From a virus: a stretch of 64,000 nt of DNA. Shown here piece by piece: positions 43,157 through 53,650 of the stretch. The stretch spans positions 1 to 64,000 of IMG/VR virus record IMGVR_UViG_3300032315_001401; one strand, given 5' to 3'. A program made the position numbers and the translations under genes. How positions within the stretch are numbered: position 1 is the stretch's first letter; every line of letters starts with the position of its first letter. Under the pieces are notes generated by a model. That model did not search any database and was not told the DNA's origin. It was given only the letters and a program-made list of their open reading frames with translations.

Positions 43157-45469
43157 TCAGATTTTGCAACTTTCACAATCTTCTTCACTACTTCCCATAA
43201 TATCATCAAGAAGAGATTGCAGTTCTTGTTTTGGTTCTTCAACTACTTCATCGGTCTTAATGTCGTAGGTATTCTGATAATATGAAGTCTTCCAACCGTA
43301 ACGGTAAGTAGTCAACAGGTCATTCGCCATTACGCTAACAGGGACTTCATTATCTGGATAATTCTGCGGGTTATAGGACCAGTTTCCACTAATCGCTTGA
43401 TCGAAGAATTTTTGCATAACAGCAACAATATTGATGTAACCACTATTGCTAGGCATATCCCACAGAAGCGTATAATTGTTCTTAAGTGTTTGATACTGGG
43501 GAACAATTTGCTTAAGTGGACCCTTCTTCGATTTCTTAACGGACAGGTATCCTCTAGGTGGTTCGATTCCATTGGTTGCATTTGACACAACGGAACTGCT
43601 CTCCGATGGCATCTGTGCGGACAATGTTGAGTTCCGTACCCCATACTTCTTGACACGCTGCCGTAATGTCTCCCAATCATATTTAAGTTCGTTAGGTACA
43701 ATCTCATCTACATCTTTCTTGTAAGTATCTATAGGAAGAATTCCTTGAGCATATTTTGTTCGGTGAGAATATTCACAAGGTCCTTTTTCTCTAGCAAGTC
43801 TTACAGTTGCCCGAATCAGATAATACTGGAATGCTTCGGTAAGATCATGAACCAGTTTCCAAGCGCCAGGATTGCCGTAATGCTCCCCGTGCTTGGCGAG
43901 ATAATGTGCTAGACCAATGTAACCCACCCCAAGAGAACGACGTGCTCTGGTGGCGATTTCCGCTGCTTTGACGGGATATCCCTGAAAATCGATAAGTTCG
44001 TCAAGACTCCTAACGGTAAGGTCACAGAGACTCTCCAATTCATCATTTGACTTCAATTTACCAACATTAATTGCAGAAAGAATGCAAAGGGCAATTTCAC
44101 CATCGGGATCGTCAATATGCTGAATGGGTTTGGTTGGTAGAGTAATTTCCTGGCAGAGATTACTCATCTCAATCTTATCGATAAAGGAAGAGTGGGAGTT
44201 GCAATGGTCGATATTCATAATGTAGATACGACCAGTTTCGGCACGTTCTTTCAGGAGGTCCAAAAAGAGTTCTTGAGCGCCGATAGTTTTTCTTGGAATA
44301 GACTCATCTCGTTCATAACGAAGATATAACTCGTCAAATCCATCAGTGCCAAAAGCATCATACAGACCAGGAACAAGATGTGGAGAGAAGAGTGTGATCT
44401 CTTCGTTATGGATGAATCGTTCATAGAAGAGTTTGGAGATTTGAATAGAGTAGTCTAGTTTACGAACACGATTATCTTCTGTTCCTTTATTATTTTTTAG
44501 TACTAGGATATCCTCTATTTCTTGATGCCAGATTGGAAAGTGTACAGTAGCACTTCCACCACGAATCCCGTTTTGTGTACAACTTCGGACAGTTGCCTCA
44601 AATTTTTTGAGGAATGGGACAACGCCCGTATGCATAACTTCTCCGCCTCTGATTTTAGCGTTGATGCCCCTGATGCGACCTGCGTTGATACCAATTCCTG
44701 CTCTTTGAGCAACATACCTAAAAATTGCAGCATCACTAGACTCGATACTGCGCATGGTGTCATCAACATCAACAAGAACGCAACTTGCATATTGACGAAG
44801 TGGGGTTCTAACACCTGCCATGATTGGCGTGGGAATGTTGATTTTGTGCTTTGAGATTGCGTCATAATACTTCCTAACGTAATCTAGACGGGTTTCTTTA
44901 GGATACTTTGAAAAGATAGTCGCCGCAATCAAAAGATACATGAATTGTGGCGTTTCATAAAGATTGCCAGTGCTTCTATCTTGCACAAGATACTTATCCA
45001 CAACCTGACGAAGACCGGCATAAGTAAACAGATAATCGCGTCCATGATCTATAAAACTCTCAAGTTTTTCAAATTCTTCTTCAGAATAAAGATCTAGAAT
45101 TTCAGCGTCATAGACTCCTTTCTCAACACACCTCTTCGTATGCTCCAATACAGTTGAGTTGTCATACATTCTTCCAAAAATTTGTTTGCGAATCGCAAAT
45201 AAAAGAAGACGAGCAGCAACAAACTGATAATTGGGATGCTCAAGGTCAATCAAATCAGAAGCAGAACGAATCAGAATCTCTTGAATCTCTGCAGTAGTAA
45301 TTCCATTATAAAATTGAATTCCAGACTGCATTTCAACCTGCGAAGCAGAAACTCCAGCAAGATCTTTACACGCCTCTTCAACCATTACATGAAGTTTGTT
45401 CAGATTGAGAGATTCTGTATCACCACTTCTTTTAACAACTTTTGTTCCGTTACTCATACCTTTTTCCAA
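43157..45469 (-). CDS. nrdA: Ribonucleotide reductase class Ia alpha subunit
   Basis: ATP cone, PTPIMAGVRT, SCVL, SNLCQEI, MPSESSS, KTSYYQNT. Confidence 0.97.
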   Translation of the reverse strand: MEKGMSNGTKVVKRSGDTESLNLNKLHVMVEEACKDLAGVSASQVEMQSGIQFYNGITTAEIQEILIRSASDLIDLEHPNYQFVAARLLLFAIRKQIFGRMYDNSTVLEHTKRCVEKGVYDAEILDLYSEEEFEKLESFIDHGRDYLFTYAGLRQVVDKYLVQDRSTGNLYETPQFMYLLIAATIFSKYPKETRLDYVRKYYDAISKHKINIPTPIMAGVRTPLRQYASCVLVDVDDTMRSIESSDAAIFRYVAQRAGIGINAGRIRGINAKIRGGEVMHTGVVPFLKKFEATVRSCTQNGIRGGSATVHFPIWHQEIEDILVLKNNKGTEDNRVRKLDYSIQISKLFYERFIHNEEITLFSPHLVPGLYDAFGTDGFDELYLRYERDESIPRKTIGAQELFLDLLKERAETGRIYIMNIDHCNSHSSFIDKIEMSNLCQEITLPTKPIQHIDDPDGEIALCILSAINVGKLKSNDELESLCDLTVRSLDELIDFQGYPVKAAEIATRARRSLGVGYIGLAHYLAKHGEHYGNPGAWKLVHDLTEAFQYYLIRATVRLAREKGPCEYSHRTKYAQGILPIDTYKKDVDEIVPNELKYDWETLRQRVKKYGVRNSTLSAQMPSESSSVVSNATNGIEPPRGYLSVKKSKKGPLKQIVPQYQTLKNNYTLLWDMPSNSGYINIVAVMQKFFDQAISGNWSYNPQNYPDNEVPVSVMANDLLTTYRYGWKTSYYQNTYDIKTDEVVEEPKQELQSLLDDIMGSSEEDCESCKI

Positions 45470-46425
45470 TTGTTGAATTTAATTTTTGCTTCTAAGCCTG
45501 CATATGTATTTGATTTTAACATATCCATAACATTATGTCCAGCAAGGATCATGTCGTTTATATCCTTCTCTAAAATAGTTGTTGGCCAGATGACGACTGT
45601 TTCACCTCTTCGGATACACTTTTCAATACGACTAACAATTTCTCTATTACGGGGTTCATTATCATAAACAAAAATGAGATCATTTCCCTCAAGACAACTA
45701 ACATCACCATCACTGCCACACAGAGCGACACTATTGTCGATGAAAGTGCTGTCAAAGGGTCCTTCGACCACATAGATTGGTAATTTCTCATTGACTGTGT
45801 TAAGTCCATAAATTTTTGGTGCTCCCTCATTAAGCATCACGGTAATGTATTTAACAGAATTAGGAACTAAAGATCTTCCCTGAAATCCTATCAAGTTAGA
45901 GTCTTTATCATACATTGGTATAATAATGCGACTCTCATCCCTAGTGATAGTGTCAAAAGTTTGTTTTTGTGTATTTACCCACTCTTTAAATTTATCAGCG
46001 AAATAAAACTTTTCTGGATTTACCTTCCGTCTTTCCAGATATTCTTTAGCAATTGGAATTTCTGATGCTTTAGGTAAATCAAGTTTCTTTTTAAAGACCG
46101 GTTTAACAAAATCAAACTTGGGTTCTTCAACCACAAAGTTCTTTCCGGTATGACCCTCCTTAAACTTCTCCATTATATACTGTTTATGGAGGGATGGGTC
46201 TAATTCTTTAAGAAAATTATTGAAGGACAAACTTGCCCCACAGTTGTGGCACTTAAAGTTTGTATTATTTTTTACTGTGTAAATGTATCCCCTTGTCTTG
46301 TTTTTATTCTTTTGAGAGTCGCCACACAGAGGACACCGGAAATTGTAGAGATCTGCCTTAACTCTTTTAAATTTCTGTAAGCGCGACGAAACTAGTCCAA
46401 TATACTTGGAGTCAATCAAATCCAT
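45454..46425 (-). CDS. gp61: DNA primase (gp61)
   Basis: CPLCGDS, CHNC, VVEGPFDS, DNEPRN, KDINDM. Confidence 0.95.
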   Translation of the reverse strand: MDLIDSKYIGLVSSRLQKFKRVKADLYNFRCPLCGDSQKNKNKTRGYIYTVKNNTNFKCHNCGASLSFNNFLKELDPSLHKQYIMEKFKEGHTGKNFVVEEPKFDFVKPVFKKKLDLPKASEIPIAKEYLERRKVNPEKFYFADKFKEWVNTQKQTFDTITRDESRIIIPMYDKDSNLIGFQGRSLVPNSVKYITVMLNEGAPKIYGLNTVNEKLPIYVVEGPFDSTFIDNSVALCGSDGDVSCLEGNDLIFVYDNEPRNREIVSRIEKCIRRGETVVIWPTTILEKDINDMILAGHNVMDMLKSNTYAGLEAKIKFNNWKKV

Positions 46426-46438
46426 TATAAAGAGGTTA

Positions 46439-46858
46439 CTACTTCGTGCTCTCTATCCTAACAGGTTGTGAGTCTGGTGTCAATATATCTACAACCATAT
46501 GGGATTGTGAAACTGCAAAAGAAACTACAACGGCAATTCCAACAATAATCCAACGAAACTTTGCAATATCTTCAACTTTCATTTCCAACGCTTTAATTCT
46601 ATCCGTTACGCCCTTATGTTGATCTCTATTTTCGTCCTTTAATTCTCCAATCATTCTAGAAATCATCTCATCCGTTTTAACAGACTGCTCAATTTTTTCA
46701 TCATGGACTGCCAGCATCTTACTGATGTTTTGACTGGTCTTGCCCATAATTTGAATTGCTTCATCAATCTTTTTTAACAAAAGTTCGTATGATGAAAGAC
46801 GCTCTTCTAAAACTGCGATCTTGGTGTCTGGTGATGGTGTGGTATTTTGGTTAAACAT
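46439..46858 (-). CDS. Coiled-coil protein with C-terminal TM helix
   Basis: IAVLEER; FRWIIVGIAVVVSF. Confidence 0.7.
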   Translation of the reverse strand: MFNQNTTPSPDTKIAVLEERLSSYELLLKKIDEAIQIMGKTSQNISKMLAVHDEKIEQSVKTDEMISRMIGELKDENRDQHKGVTDRIKALEMKVEDIAKFRWIIVGIAVVVSFAVSQSHMVVDILTPDSQPVRIESTK

Positions 46859-46901
46859 TTTTCTTTCCGGTAAGATTTGCTCATAACAAACCCATTACTA
46901 T

Positions 46902-47111
46902 TTATTCACCCTTCAAATACTGCAACCACCACTTACGCGATCTCCTTCCACCCTTCGCATATGTCTTTTTTTTCTTTGAAGGAAATACTGGAGGAGTGCC
47001 AGTGTTGATATTATATCCAAGAGATTTTTCACCATCACCAACCACGTTTGCAATCTCACCTTCTTCTTTAAGATTATGAATAATTTGGATTAGTCTATCT
47101 AGTTTATTCAT
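46902..47111 (-). CDS. Hypothetical protein
   Basis: Probable start MNKLDRL. Confidence 0.6.
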   Translation of the reverse strand: MNKLDRLIQIIHNLKEEGEIANVVGDGEKSLGYNINTGTPPVFPSKKKKTYAKGGRRSRKWWLQYLKGE

Positions 47112-47482
47112 TAGATTGTTTGCAAATGTGCCAGACACTCTTCATCTTCTTTAATATTATGCATCTGCGTTTTGGGATATTCCGGAAACCGATTCAAAAA
47201 TAAAAGAAAACTTTTTATCGCTGGCCAAAGGTCACTATCTAAATTATAAAATAGTAATGGTACAGCAGCGTCATTAAAGACATTAAAAAGTATTGTCAAG
47301 TGATTCAAAATAAGGTGAGTTCTTAGCTCACCTGTATTTTTATATTTTTTCAATAACCTTTTTACATATCGTATTCGTTTCAAATCAGATTGAAAATCCT
47401 CCATCGTGAGTGCTTGAGGATTATCATAGAATTTTATAGCAAATAACAGATAGTTATCCTCATTCAACTCATCAAATCTCAT
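47111..47482 (-). CDS. Conserved T4-like hypothetical protein
   Basis: YDNPQA...DLKRIRYVKRLL...LILNHL. Confidence 0.75.
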   Translation of the reverse strand: MRFDELNEDNYLLFAIKFYDNPQALTMEDFQSDLKRIRYVKRLLKKYKNTGELRTHLILNHLTILFNVFNDAAVPLLFYNLDSDLWPAIKSFLLFLNRFPEYPKTQMHNIKEDEECLAHLQTI

Positions 47483-47490
47483 ACTATATT

Positions 47491-48516
47491 TTATCTAACG
47501 GTTAACGTAGTAGTACCGAGACCAACTGAACCTGTAGTTCCTGCACCACCGACATTACGAAGAAGAACATCTCCGAATTGTGAAGTGAATGAACTGATTA
47601 CGCCAACACCGTTTGAACCATCGGTAATAACACCAACAAACCCACGAGATAAATCAATTTTGAGTTTTGTTGCATTTGTACGGGTACTAAATGTGGCAGC
47701 AGTACCTGCTATAATTGTTGACCCAATTGTACTTGCAGACCCAATCTGAATAAAAGTATTTCCAACTGCAACTACAGGAACATTTGTGAGTTTTCCAGTA
47801 ATTGTCAATGAACTTCCGACAGAAACATTTGAAACAGAATCAACGAAAATATTAGTTCCGCCAATTGCAACGGTTTGACCAGAGGTTGTTTGAGTGGTTA
47901 GAAAATTGACATTTGCAGTCAGGACAGTGCTTGGTGAAGTGAATGCAAATGCTACTCTGTTGGTAATCTGACCGTTGAAATTTGCATATACATCTGGAGA
48001 ACCGTGAGCAACTGCTGTACCTGACCAAGCATATTGAGTTCCGCCATTTGATACTGCAGTACCAACGATTGCTGTAGATTCGTTAGCATCATTTGCATCA
48101 AATGTACGAATACGAACCGTTGCTCCAGCACCAGCAAAAACAAGTTCATTAAACACAACATGAACATAACCAGTAGTATTTGTAGCAATACCAGTTGTTC
48201 CACCACCACCAACAGAAATTGGTGATGCTTGGTTAGGATCTTCAAAGAACACTGCAACTGGTCCGGCAGTTCCAATACCAATAGTTCCGCCAACATTAGT
48301 ACTATTAATCCCAGTAACAGGAACTAAAACTTCATCAAAATAACGAGTAGAAAGTCCAGAATTTTCTTTAGTTTTATATCTTCTTTGAATCCAACCACGA
48401 ACATCTGCGAAAGTATTCCAAGGACTCCTATTACGATCCGTTTCTTTTTGAAATTTTGGAATAGCGTAATTATTTGCTGCGGTTTCGCTAGTTGATGAAA
48501 TGCCCCAAAGAGCCAT
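47491..48516 (-). CDS. Putative virion structural protein
   Basis: MALWG start, Thr/Gly-rich; TATAAATA about 30 bp upstream. Confidence 0.65.
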   Translation of the reverse strand: MALWGISSTSETAANNYAIPKFQKETDRNRSPWNTFADVRGWIQRRYKTKENSGLSTRYFDEVLVPVTGINSTNVGGTIGIGTAGPVAVFFEDPNQASPISVGGGGTTGIATNTTGYVHVVFNELVFAGAGATVRIRTFDANDANESTAIVGTAVSNGGTQYAWSGTAVAHGSPDVYANFNGQITNRVAFAFTSPSTVLTANVNFLTTQTTSGQTVAIGGTNIFVDSVSNVSVGSSLTITGKLTNVPVVAVGNTFIQIGSASTIGSTIIAGTAATFSTRTNATKLKIDLSRGFVGVITDGSNGVGVISSFTSQFGDVLLRNVGGAGTTGSVGLGTTTLTVR

Positions 48517-48605
48517 GTTTCTTACCTATAGTTCTTTTTCTAGTAATATTTATAAAAAAAGGAGACCTTTACTTTATAGGTCTCCTTAACATTTTTGATT
48601 AACTC

Positions 48606-48785
48606 TCAAGGAGTAATATCTTTTGCACCTTTTGCTTTAAGAGCATTTTGTGCCTGAATAAGAATGAGTGAAAGAATACCGTTTGCTTTGATTTTTGGGT
48701 TTGCTCCAAGTGCTTCCGAAACTGCAAAAAGAACAGTTGCGATAAGTGCTTGATTAGCAAATGCCCATGCGATTAATGCTGACAT
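48606..48785 (-). CDS. Small membrane protein (59 aa)
   Basis: MSALIAWAFANQALIATVLFAVSEALGANPKIKANGILSLILIQAQNALKAKGAKDITP; GAGG RBS. Confidence 0.65.
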   Translation of the reverse strand: MSALIAWAFANQALIATVLFAVSEALGANPKIKANGILSLILIQAQNALKAKGAKDITP

Positions 48786-48828
48786 AATAACCTCGTGTGA
48801 ATGAAACCTGGATTATTTAGGATTTAAT

Positions 48829-50337
48829 TTAATCAGATTCGCCTGCTCTTGGTTTGTACATATCCTGTGATCTTTGAGCAGCAGCGGATTGTTGTGCTTT
48901 TTTCTTGGCAAGTCTATCGGCAGTTGTCTGTTCCGATCTTTTAGGACGGTCACGTTCCGAAACACCTCTTTCACCTTCATGTTGAGCAACAGTTTTTCCA
49001 CTTCTAGTCATCAATCCCTGACGGGCATTTGGCATTGACCTTAACATTTCTATGGCACGATCACGGGGTTTTCTTGGAGTGCCTTTTTCTTCACGTCTTC
49101 TTTCGTCAAGAATTTCAGTTTCTTCTGTCGAAACCATCACAATAGGATTCTTGGCACCCATCGCTCTTGCATAATTTTTAGCAAGATTAACTGCGGTTGG
49201 AAGAGATCTAGGATCCTTTTCTTCCATTTCCTTTTTTGCTTTCTTATCTGTTTCTTCCTTCATAGGAGTTTTCTTTTCAGGAAGACCTTTATGAGAAGTT
49301 GTAGCAAACTTCTTAGCTTCCTTTTTACTCATTCCAGAAGCTGCCTTTGCCACCTCTGGAGACGCTGGCATTTCACCTTTCTTTGCAGCATAAACCATTC
49401 CCATAAACTTTTGTTGCGCTTTGCTTACTGCTTTCTCCACAACAAAAGATCCTTCCATATCATAATGTGCTAATTGCATACCATAATTAGATTTTCCACT
49501 GGTTGATCCAGGAGCTTCGGGATTAACCTTTACTTTATTTTTCCCCTTCATTACATCAATCTTTTCTGCGTTTGCATCGGGGTTGGATGATTCATCATTA
49601 GCATCAGTAAGAAACTCTTCCTTTACACTGGAAGTATCTTGACCGTCTGGTTTTCCGCCCGTTTTACGCTGGATGGCATTATGAACTGCACCGCGATATT
49701 CTTTAGCGCCAGATTCAACTTTACCATCACCATCATAATCTTTTCCTGCCTTTGCTGCTGCAGTCTGCTCACCTTTCTTCTTTTCGCCCTCATAAGGTTC
49801 ACCATAACCAGTCATTTCAACTGATTCAATGTTTGAATTTGCACGAAGTTCACTAATCTTTTGGCGGTCTGCATATCTCACATAAGAGCGACCATCTTTT
49901 CCAGTGACTCTAACCTTATATTTCTTATGCTCGGATGTTTCTAACTTCTCCATATAAGTTAGACGAATTGGTTCTTCTTCTTTTTGAACCCCTTCTACAA
50001 ATACTTTAAAGAGTGCATTTGCCACACTAGAAGATGCCAAATCCTCAATATTAAAATCTTCTGCTTGAATTCCACCCTTTCCAAAAAGTTTTTGCTTTAC
50101 CATTGTTTTTTCCTGCTGACTCATGCTGCTATTTTGCATATATTGCGAATATGCCTGGCGAAGAGGAAGTTCTTCTCTTCTAGCTCTATATCGTATATCA
50201 TAAATTGCTTGCTTGGCTCTCTTTTCTGGAGTTTTACCACCCTCCTTCTTATCTCCCCCACCACCTTTCCCTGATGAAGGTGCCTCAGCAGGTGCGTGCT
50301 TTCTTGCTGGAAGCTCTTCAGCAATATGTTTTTTCAT
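48829..50337 (-). CDS. Large Lys/Glu-rich hypothetical protein
   Basis: 502 aa; DYDGDGKVE motif; AVSKAQQKFMGMV motif. Confidence 0.75.
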   Translation of the reverse strand: MKKHIAEELPARKHAPAEAPSSGKGGGGDKKEGGKTPEKRAKQAIYDIRYRARREELPLRQAYSQYMQNSSMSQQEKTMVKQKLFGKGGIQAEDFNIEDLASSSVANALFKVFVEGVQKEEEPIRLTYMEKLETSEHKKYKVRVTGKDGRSYVRYADRQKISELRANSNIESVEMTGYGEPYEGEKKKGEQTAAAKAGKDYDGDGKVESGAKEYRGAVHNAIQRKTGGKPDGQDTSSVKEEFLTDANDESSNPDANAEKIDVMKGKNKVKVNPEAPGSTSGKSNYGMQLAHYDMEGSFVVEKAVSKAQQKFMGMVYAAKKGEMPASPEVAKAASGMSKKEAKKFATTSHKGLPEKKTPMKEETDKKAKKEMEEKDPRSLPTAVNLAKNYARAMGAKNPIVMVSTEETEILDERRREEKGTPRKPRDRAIEMLRSMPNARQGLMTRSGKTVAQHEGERGVSERDRPKRSEQTTADRLAKKKAQQSAAAQRSQDMYKPRAGESD

Positions 50338-50346
50338 GAGAAAACT

Positions 50347-51660
50347 TTACTTCTTATTTTTTCTATACTTATTTATGAAATCAAGACCGTATGCTCTCCC
50401 ACCCGGTTGAAGATTTTCCTTTCCGGTGCCAATTGCTCCCGGAGTTTGTTTTGCAGCATACTTAAAGTATCCCAAAGTGCCAACTAAAGTATTTGGTTTT
50501 CCCGGTTGACGATATTCTTTATCCATCTTAACTTCAGTATATTCGCGCAAGTCTTTAATCCAAGATTTAAACATTTGACCAGATTCTGTGACACAAATCA
50601 AATAATTAGTGCCCCTGCGAATAATACGACCTACTAATCCAGTATTTAAATTTTCAACAACTTCACCAATTCTAAAAATAGTCTCTGTAATATAATTTTC
50701 ACGAAGGGATTGAAAATCAAGTTTTGGTGCAATCTCCCAAATATCCCAACCTTCCTTCACATTCATCGCACCACGAAGAATATTGAATAATTCCTTCGCT
50801 TCTGCTGGTTTGACTTCTGGAGGAAGACCTGAACGGAAAGTTTTAAAATCTCCTTCTGCAGCAGCAAGTCTCATTCTTGATGCAGACATACCCTCAACAC
50901 CCTTTGCATCAGGGTCTCTATCACCTGCGGAAACTACTTCTATATTATCAAAGTTATAAAGTTGCCCATTATACTGGGTGGAAAGTTTTTCAAATTCCTT
51001 AACTCTATCAGCACCACCAATAATTCTTACACCAGCATATCCATTATTATGTGCCATTTTTAAGACATCAAAAATTGTCTTTGTATTGGCATCATTGACT
51101 ATATTTCCTGCGTGCTGTGGATAAAACTTCTGCATATAAGCAATTTTTGTGTCCGGATCAAGAGGATTCTTTTTCTTATCCTGACTTCTTGATGGGAAAA
51201 TTAAATACTCACCACCATCTTCTTGTGCCGCAGATTGTGCTGCAACATCCATTAATTGTTGGTGTCCAATTGTAGGAGGATTAAAACGACCAAATGCAAT
51301 TGTCAAAGTGCCTTTGGTTTTTGGAACTGGAAGATATCGTGCCGGTGGTTGCTCTTGTGCCGCTGCTTGCTGCTCTGGTGCTGGAGGTTGCTCTGTAGGT
51401 GCCTGTTGTTGGGCAGTTTGTTGAGCGGTTGCTGGATCTTGATATCCGGGAGAGGCGATTGTTTTTTCCTTTTCTGTTTGCTTTGGATCTTTTCCAACTC
51501 GTTGACGCTTATTATAAAACTTGAGTTTGCCACCTTCTGTTTTTGCAACAAACTCACCTTGACGATCATACCAACCGCCGTGACCGTCTCCAACAAGACC
51601 AAGACGCTGTGCTTGCTGTGAGGCAGATGCTTCTGTTATGAATTGGAAAAAACTTTTCAT
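50347..51660 (-). CDS. Cytidyltransferase-family nucleotidyltransferase
   Basis: FGRFNPPTIGH, GGADR, SAGDRDPD, MSASRMR. Confidence 0.9.
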   Translation of the reverse strand: MKSFFQFITEASASQQAQRLGLVGDGHGGWYDRQGEFVAKTEGGKLKFYNKRQRVGKDPKQTEKEKTIASPGYQDPATAQQTAQQQAPTEQPPAPEQQAAAQEQPPARYLPVPKTKGTLTIAFGRFNPPTIGHQQLMDVAAQSAAQEDGGEYLIFPSRSQDKKKNPLDPDTKIAYMQKFYPQHAGNIVNDANTKTIFDVLKMAHNNGYAGVRIIGGADRVKEFEKLSTQYNGQLYNFDNIEVVSAGDRDPDAKGVEGMSASRMRLAAAEGDFKTFRSGLPPEVKPAEAKELFNILRGAMNVKEGWDIWEIAPKLDFQSLRENYITETIFRIGEVVENLNTGLVGRIIRRGTNYLICVTESGQMFKSWIKDLREYTEVKMDKEYRQPGKPNTLVGTLGYFKYAAKQTPGAIGTGKENLQPGGRAYGLDFINKYRKNKK

Positions 51661-51709
51661 TACTTACTTTGAATTATGTATCCAGTTACTCTAATATTAT
51701 GTATTTATT

Positions 51710-52636
51710 CTAGACATATCTTTGTATTGTTCTTCCACCAATTGGTTGAATAACCACTCTGGCATTTTTAATTCTATGATCATCCCTATCACCCTTATAA
51801 ACTGCTAGAAAGACTGGTTCATAAGATCCAGCAATTCTATCACCATTATTCAATTTATGACCACTACAAGTTAATTCATAATATGTTCCACGATTACGAA
51901 TATCTAATATTCCTTGCATTGTGGCATCAACATTATTTTCTCCCATCACGCCAGTTCCATATCCACTCCCATATACCGACATTTTTTGGAGATTTTGATC
52001 CTGCATTCTTCTACCAACAGTTGTTGCTGGAGGAATGCCATTAGGAAACATATCTTGCAACGTAGATATAAATGCTTGTGTTTCCGGATGTGCATATATC
52101 AATGGTTCAGATCTTTGCGATGTCCCGGACCATTGTTGAAATGCTCTAGCACCATCACCAGCTTTATGAGATACATGCCCAACATATCCAGAAACTCCTC
52201 TAAAATGGAAATCACATTTAGGAGTTCCGGGCGTACTTTCGCAAAGTCCAACATCATAAATTGTCTTTCCTACTTTTAATCTAATAAAATCTTTACCTAA
52301 TTTATCAAAAATTCGAGTAAGTTGTTGATTAATACGGATAACTTGAGCATCTTCTTGAGCAGTTGTTGCTTGAGTTCTTCCAGAAAATTCAGAGTCTTTA
52401 TAAATTTCAGTTAGTCTAACTGATTGACCTGTAGAAGTTGGCAAAACAATAGATGGACCAACTTTAAATTTATTAAAATGGATAATAGAGGTCAACTGTT
52501 TTAAAATAGATTTATCTAGTTTAACTTTTGCACCGTTTGACTCATTTAGAGTAAACTCTTTTCCAGTCCTAATTCTGTTTAAAAAAATATTAAAATTATT
52601 CCTCTTTGCAAGATGTTGCGGATTAAGAGTTGCCAT
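51710..52636 (-). CDS. Hypothetical protein, possible PD-(D/E)xK nuclease
   Basis: E...PKCDF...VSHK pattern. Confidence 0.5.
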   Translation of the reverse strand: MATLNPQHLAKRNNFNIFLNRIRTGKEFTLNESNGAKVKLDKSILKQLTSIIHFNKFKVGPSIVLPTSTGQSVRLTEIYKDSEFSGRTQATTAQEDAQVIRINQQLTRIFDKLGKDFIRLKVGKTIYDVGLCESTPGTPKCDFHFRGVSGYVGHVSHKAGDGARAFQQWSGTSQRSEPLIYAHPETQAFISTLQDMFPNGIPPATTVGRRMQDQNLQKMSVYGSGYGTGVMGENNVDATMQGILDIRNRGTYYELTCSGHKLNNGDRIAGSYEPVFLAVYKGDRDDHRIKNARVVIQPIGGRTIQRYV

Positions 52637-52655
52637 TTTTATTTTTATTTAGAAA

Positions 52656-52728
52656 TGCCCGTGAGAAGATTCGAACTTCCACTGTATGGATTCTAAGTCC
52701 ACCCTCTCTACCATTGGAGTACACGGGC
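52656..52728 (-). tRNA. tRNA-Leu(TAG), short variable loop
   Basis: GTGGA-CTTAGAA-TCCAT. Confidence 0.88.
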
Positions 52729-52733
52729 ATAAA

Positions 52734-52804
52734 TGGAGAATAGGAGAATCGAACTCCTAATAAGTGCTTGCAAAGCACCCGTTATACCGTTTAACTAATT
52801 CCCC
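52734..52804 (-). tRNA. tRNA-Ala(TGC), copy 2
   Basis: G3:U70; matches copy 1 except in the T-stem. Confidence 0.9.
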
Positions 52805-52819
52805 AGTAAAACCATTATA

Positions 52820-53218
52820 TCACCGAAGTGGCATAAGGTCAAATAGTTCTGGATGAAGTCTTCCATACTTCCTCATAATTTCACCCGCTTTAGCATTTGC
52901 CTCATTTTCAGCAGGACTTCCCGGATGTGATGTAATTTTTTTACCATCCACCACTTGCTTATAATGTATAAACTCGTGAGATACGGTCCTTAAAATATCA
53001 ATGGGATGACGATTAACAATGCTAATATAGAGAATGTTTTTCTTCATCATCCCAAATGTCATATTATCTTTGGCAAAGTCAGAATCGTCTATTAAAACAT
53101 ATGGAATATCATATGTCAAACGAAGTTCTCTTTTAAGGAAGACTAAAAATGTTTTAAGAAGAGCATCAAACTGCATTCTTGTAGTTGGTCTTCCTTTTCT
53201 TTTGCCAATCAAAGACAT
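52820..53218 (-). CDS. HExxH putative zinc metalloprotein
   Basis: RTVSHEFIH...ENEANA. Confidence 0.65.
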   Translation of the reverse strand: MSLIGKRKGRPTTRMQFDALLKTFLVFLKRELRLTYDIPYVLIDDSDFAKDNMTFGMMKKNILYISIVNRHPIDILRTVSHEFIHYKQVVDGKKITSHPGSPAENEANAKAGEIMRKYGRLHPELFDLMPLR

Positions 53219-53233
53219 TTTTTAAAATATTTA

Positions 53234-53650
53234 TTATCGGTCATCGGCAGCACGGTTTTCAGAAAAATAAACATCGAACGCACCTTCAGGATAACGCTTG
53301 AGAAGTTTCTGCACATTGCGAGCAACAACTTCATCAAGAGTGATATCAAGTGCAATACATGCTTGAGCAACGTACCACATAATATCACCCAGTTCAATAA
53401 TTAGGTGCTCACGATTGTCCTCATTATATGGTTTGCCTTGAAAGATCATTTTTTTAACAATCTCAAGGAATTCTCCGCCTTCGGCATTAATTCCAACACC
53501 GGCAGTAAGAAGTCGTTCAATATTAGCACCCTTTTCATCCAATTGAACCAGACGATCGGAGAGAGCAAGAAAATCTTTAGATGCATCAGAAGTGACTACA
53601 TCCACAAACTCAGCGTACTTATCAAAATTAACGTGTTTTGCGTTTTCCAT
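53234..53650 (-). CDS. mazG: MazG nucleotide pyrophosphohydrolase
   Basis: GINAEGGEF, ELGDIMWY, NVQKLLKRYP. Confidence 0.92.
   Translation of the reverse strand: MENAKHVNFDKYAEFVDVVTSDASKDFLALSDRLVQLDEKGANIERLLTAGVGINAEGGEFLEIVKKMIFQGKPYNEDNREHLIIELGDIMWYVAQACIALDITLDEVVARNVQKLLKRYPEGAFDVYFSENRAADDR

Noticed and set aside
28073-52804. Stop-codon reassignment or suppressor tRNAs
   Set aside because: No CTA/TTA/TCA anticodons; core genes are intact under the standard code
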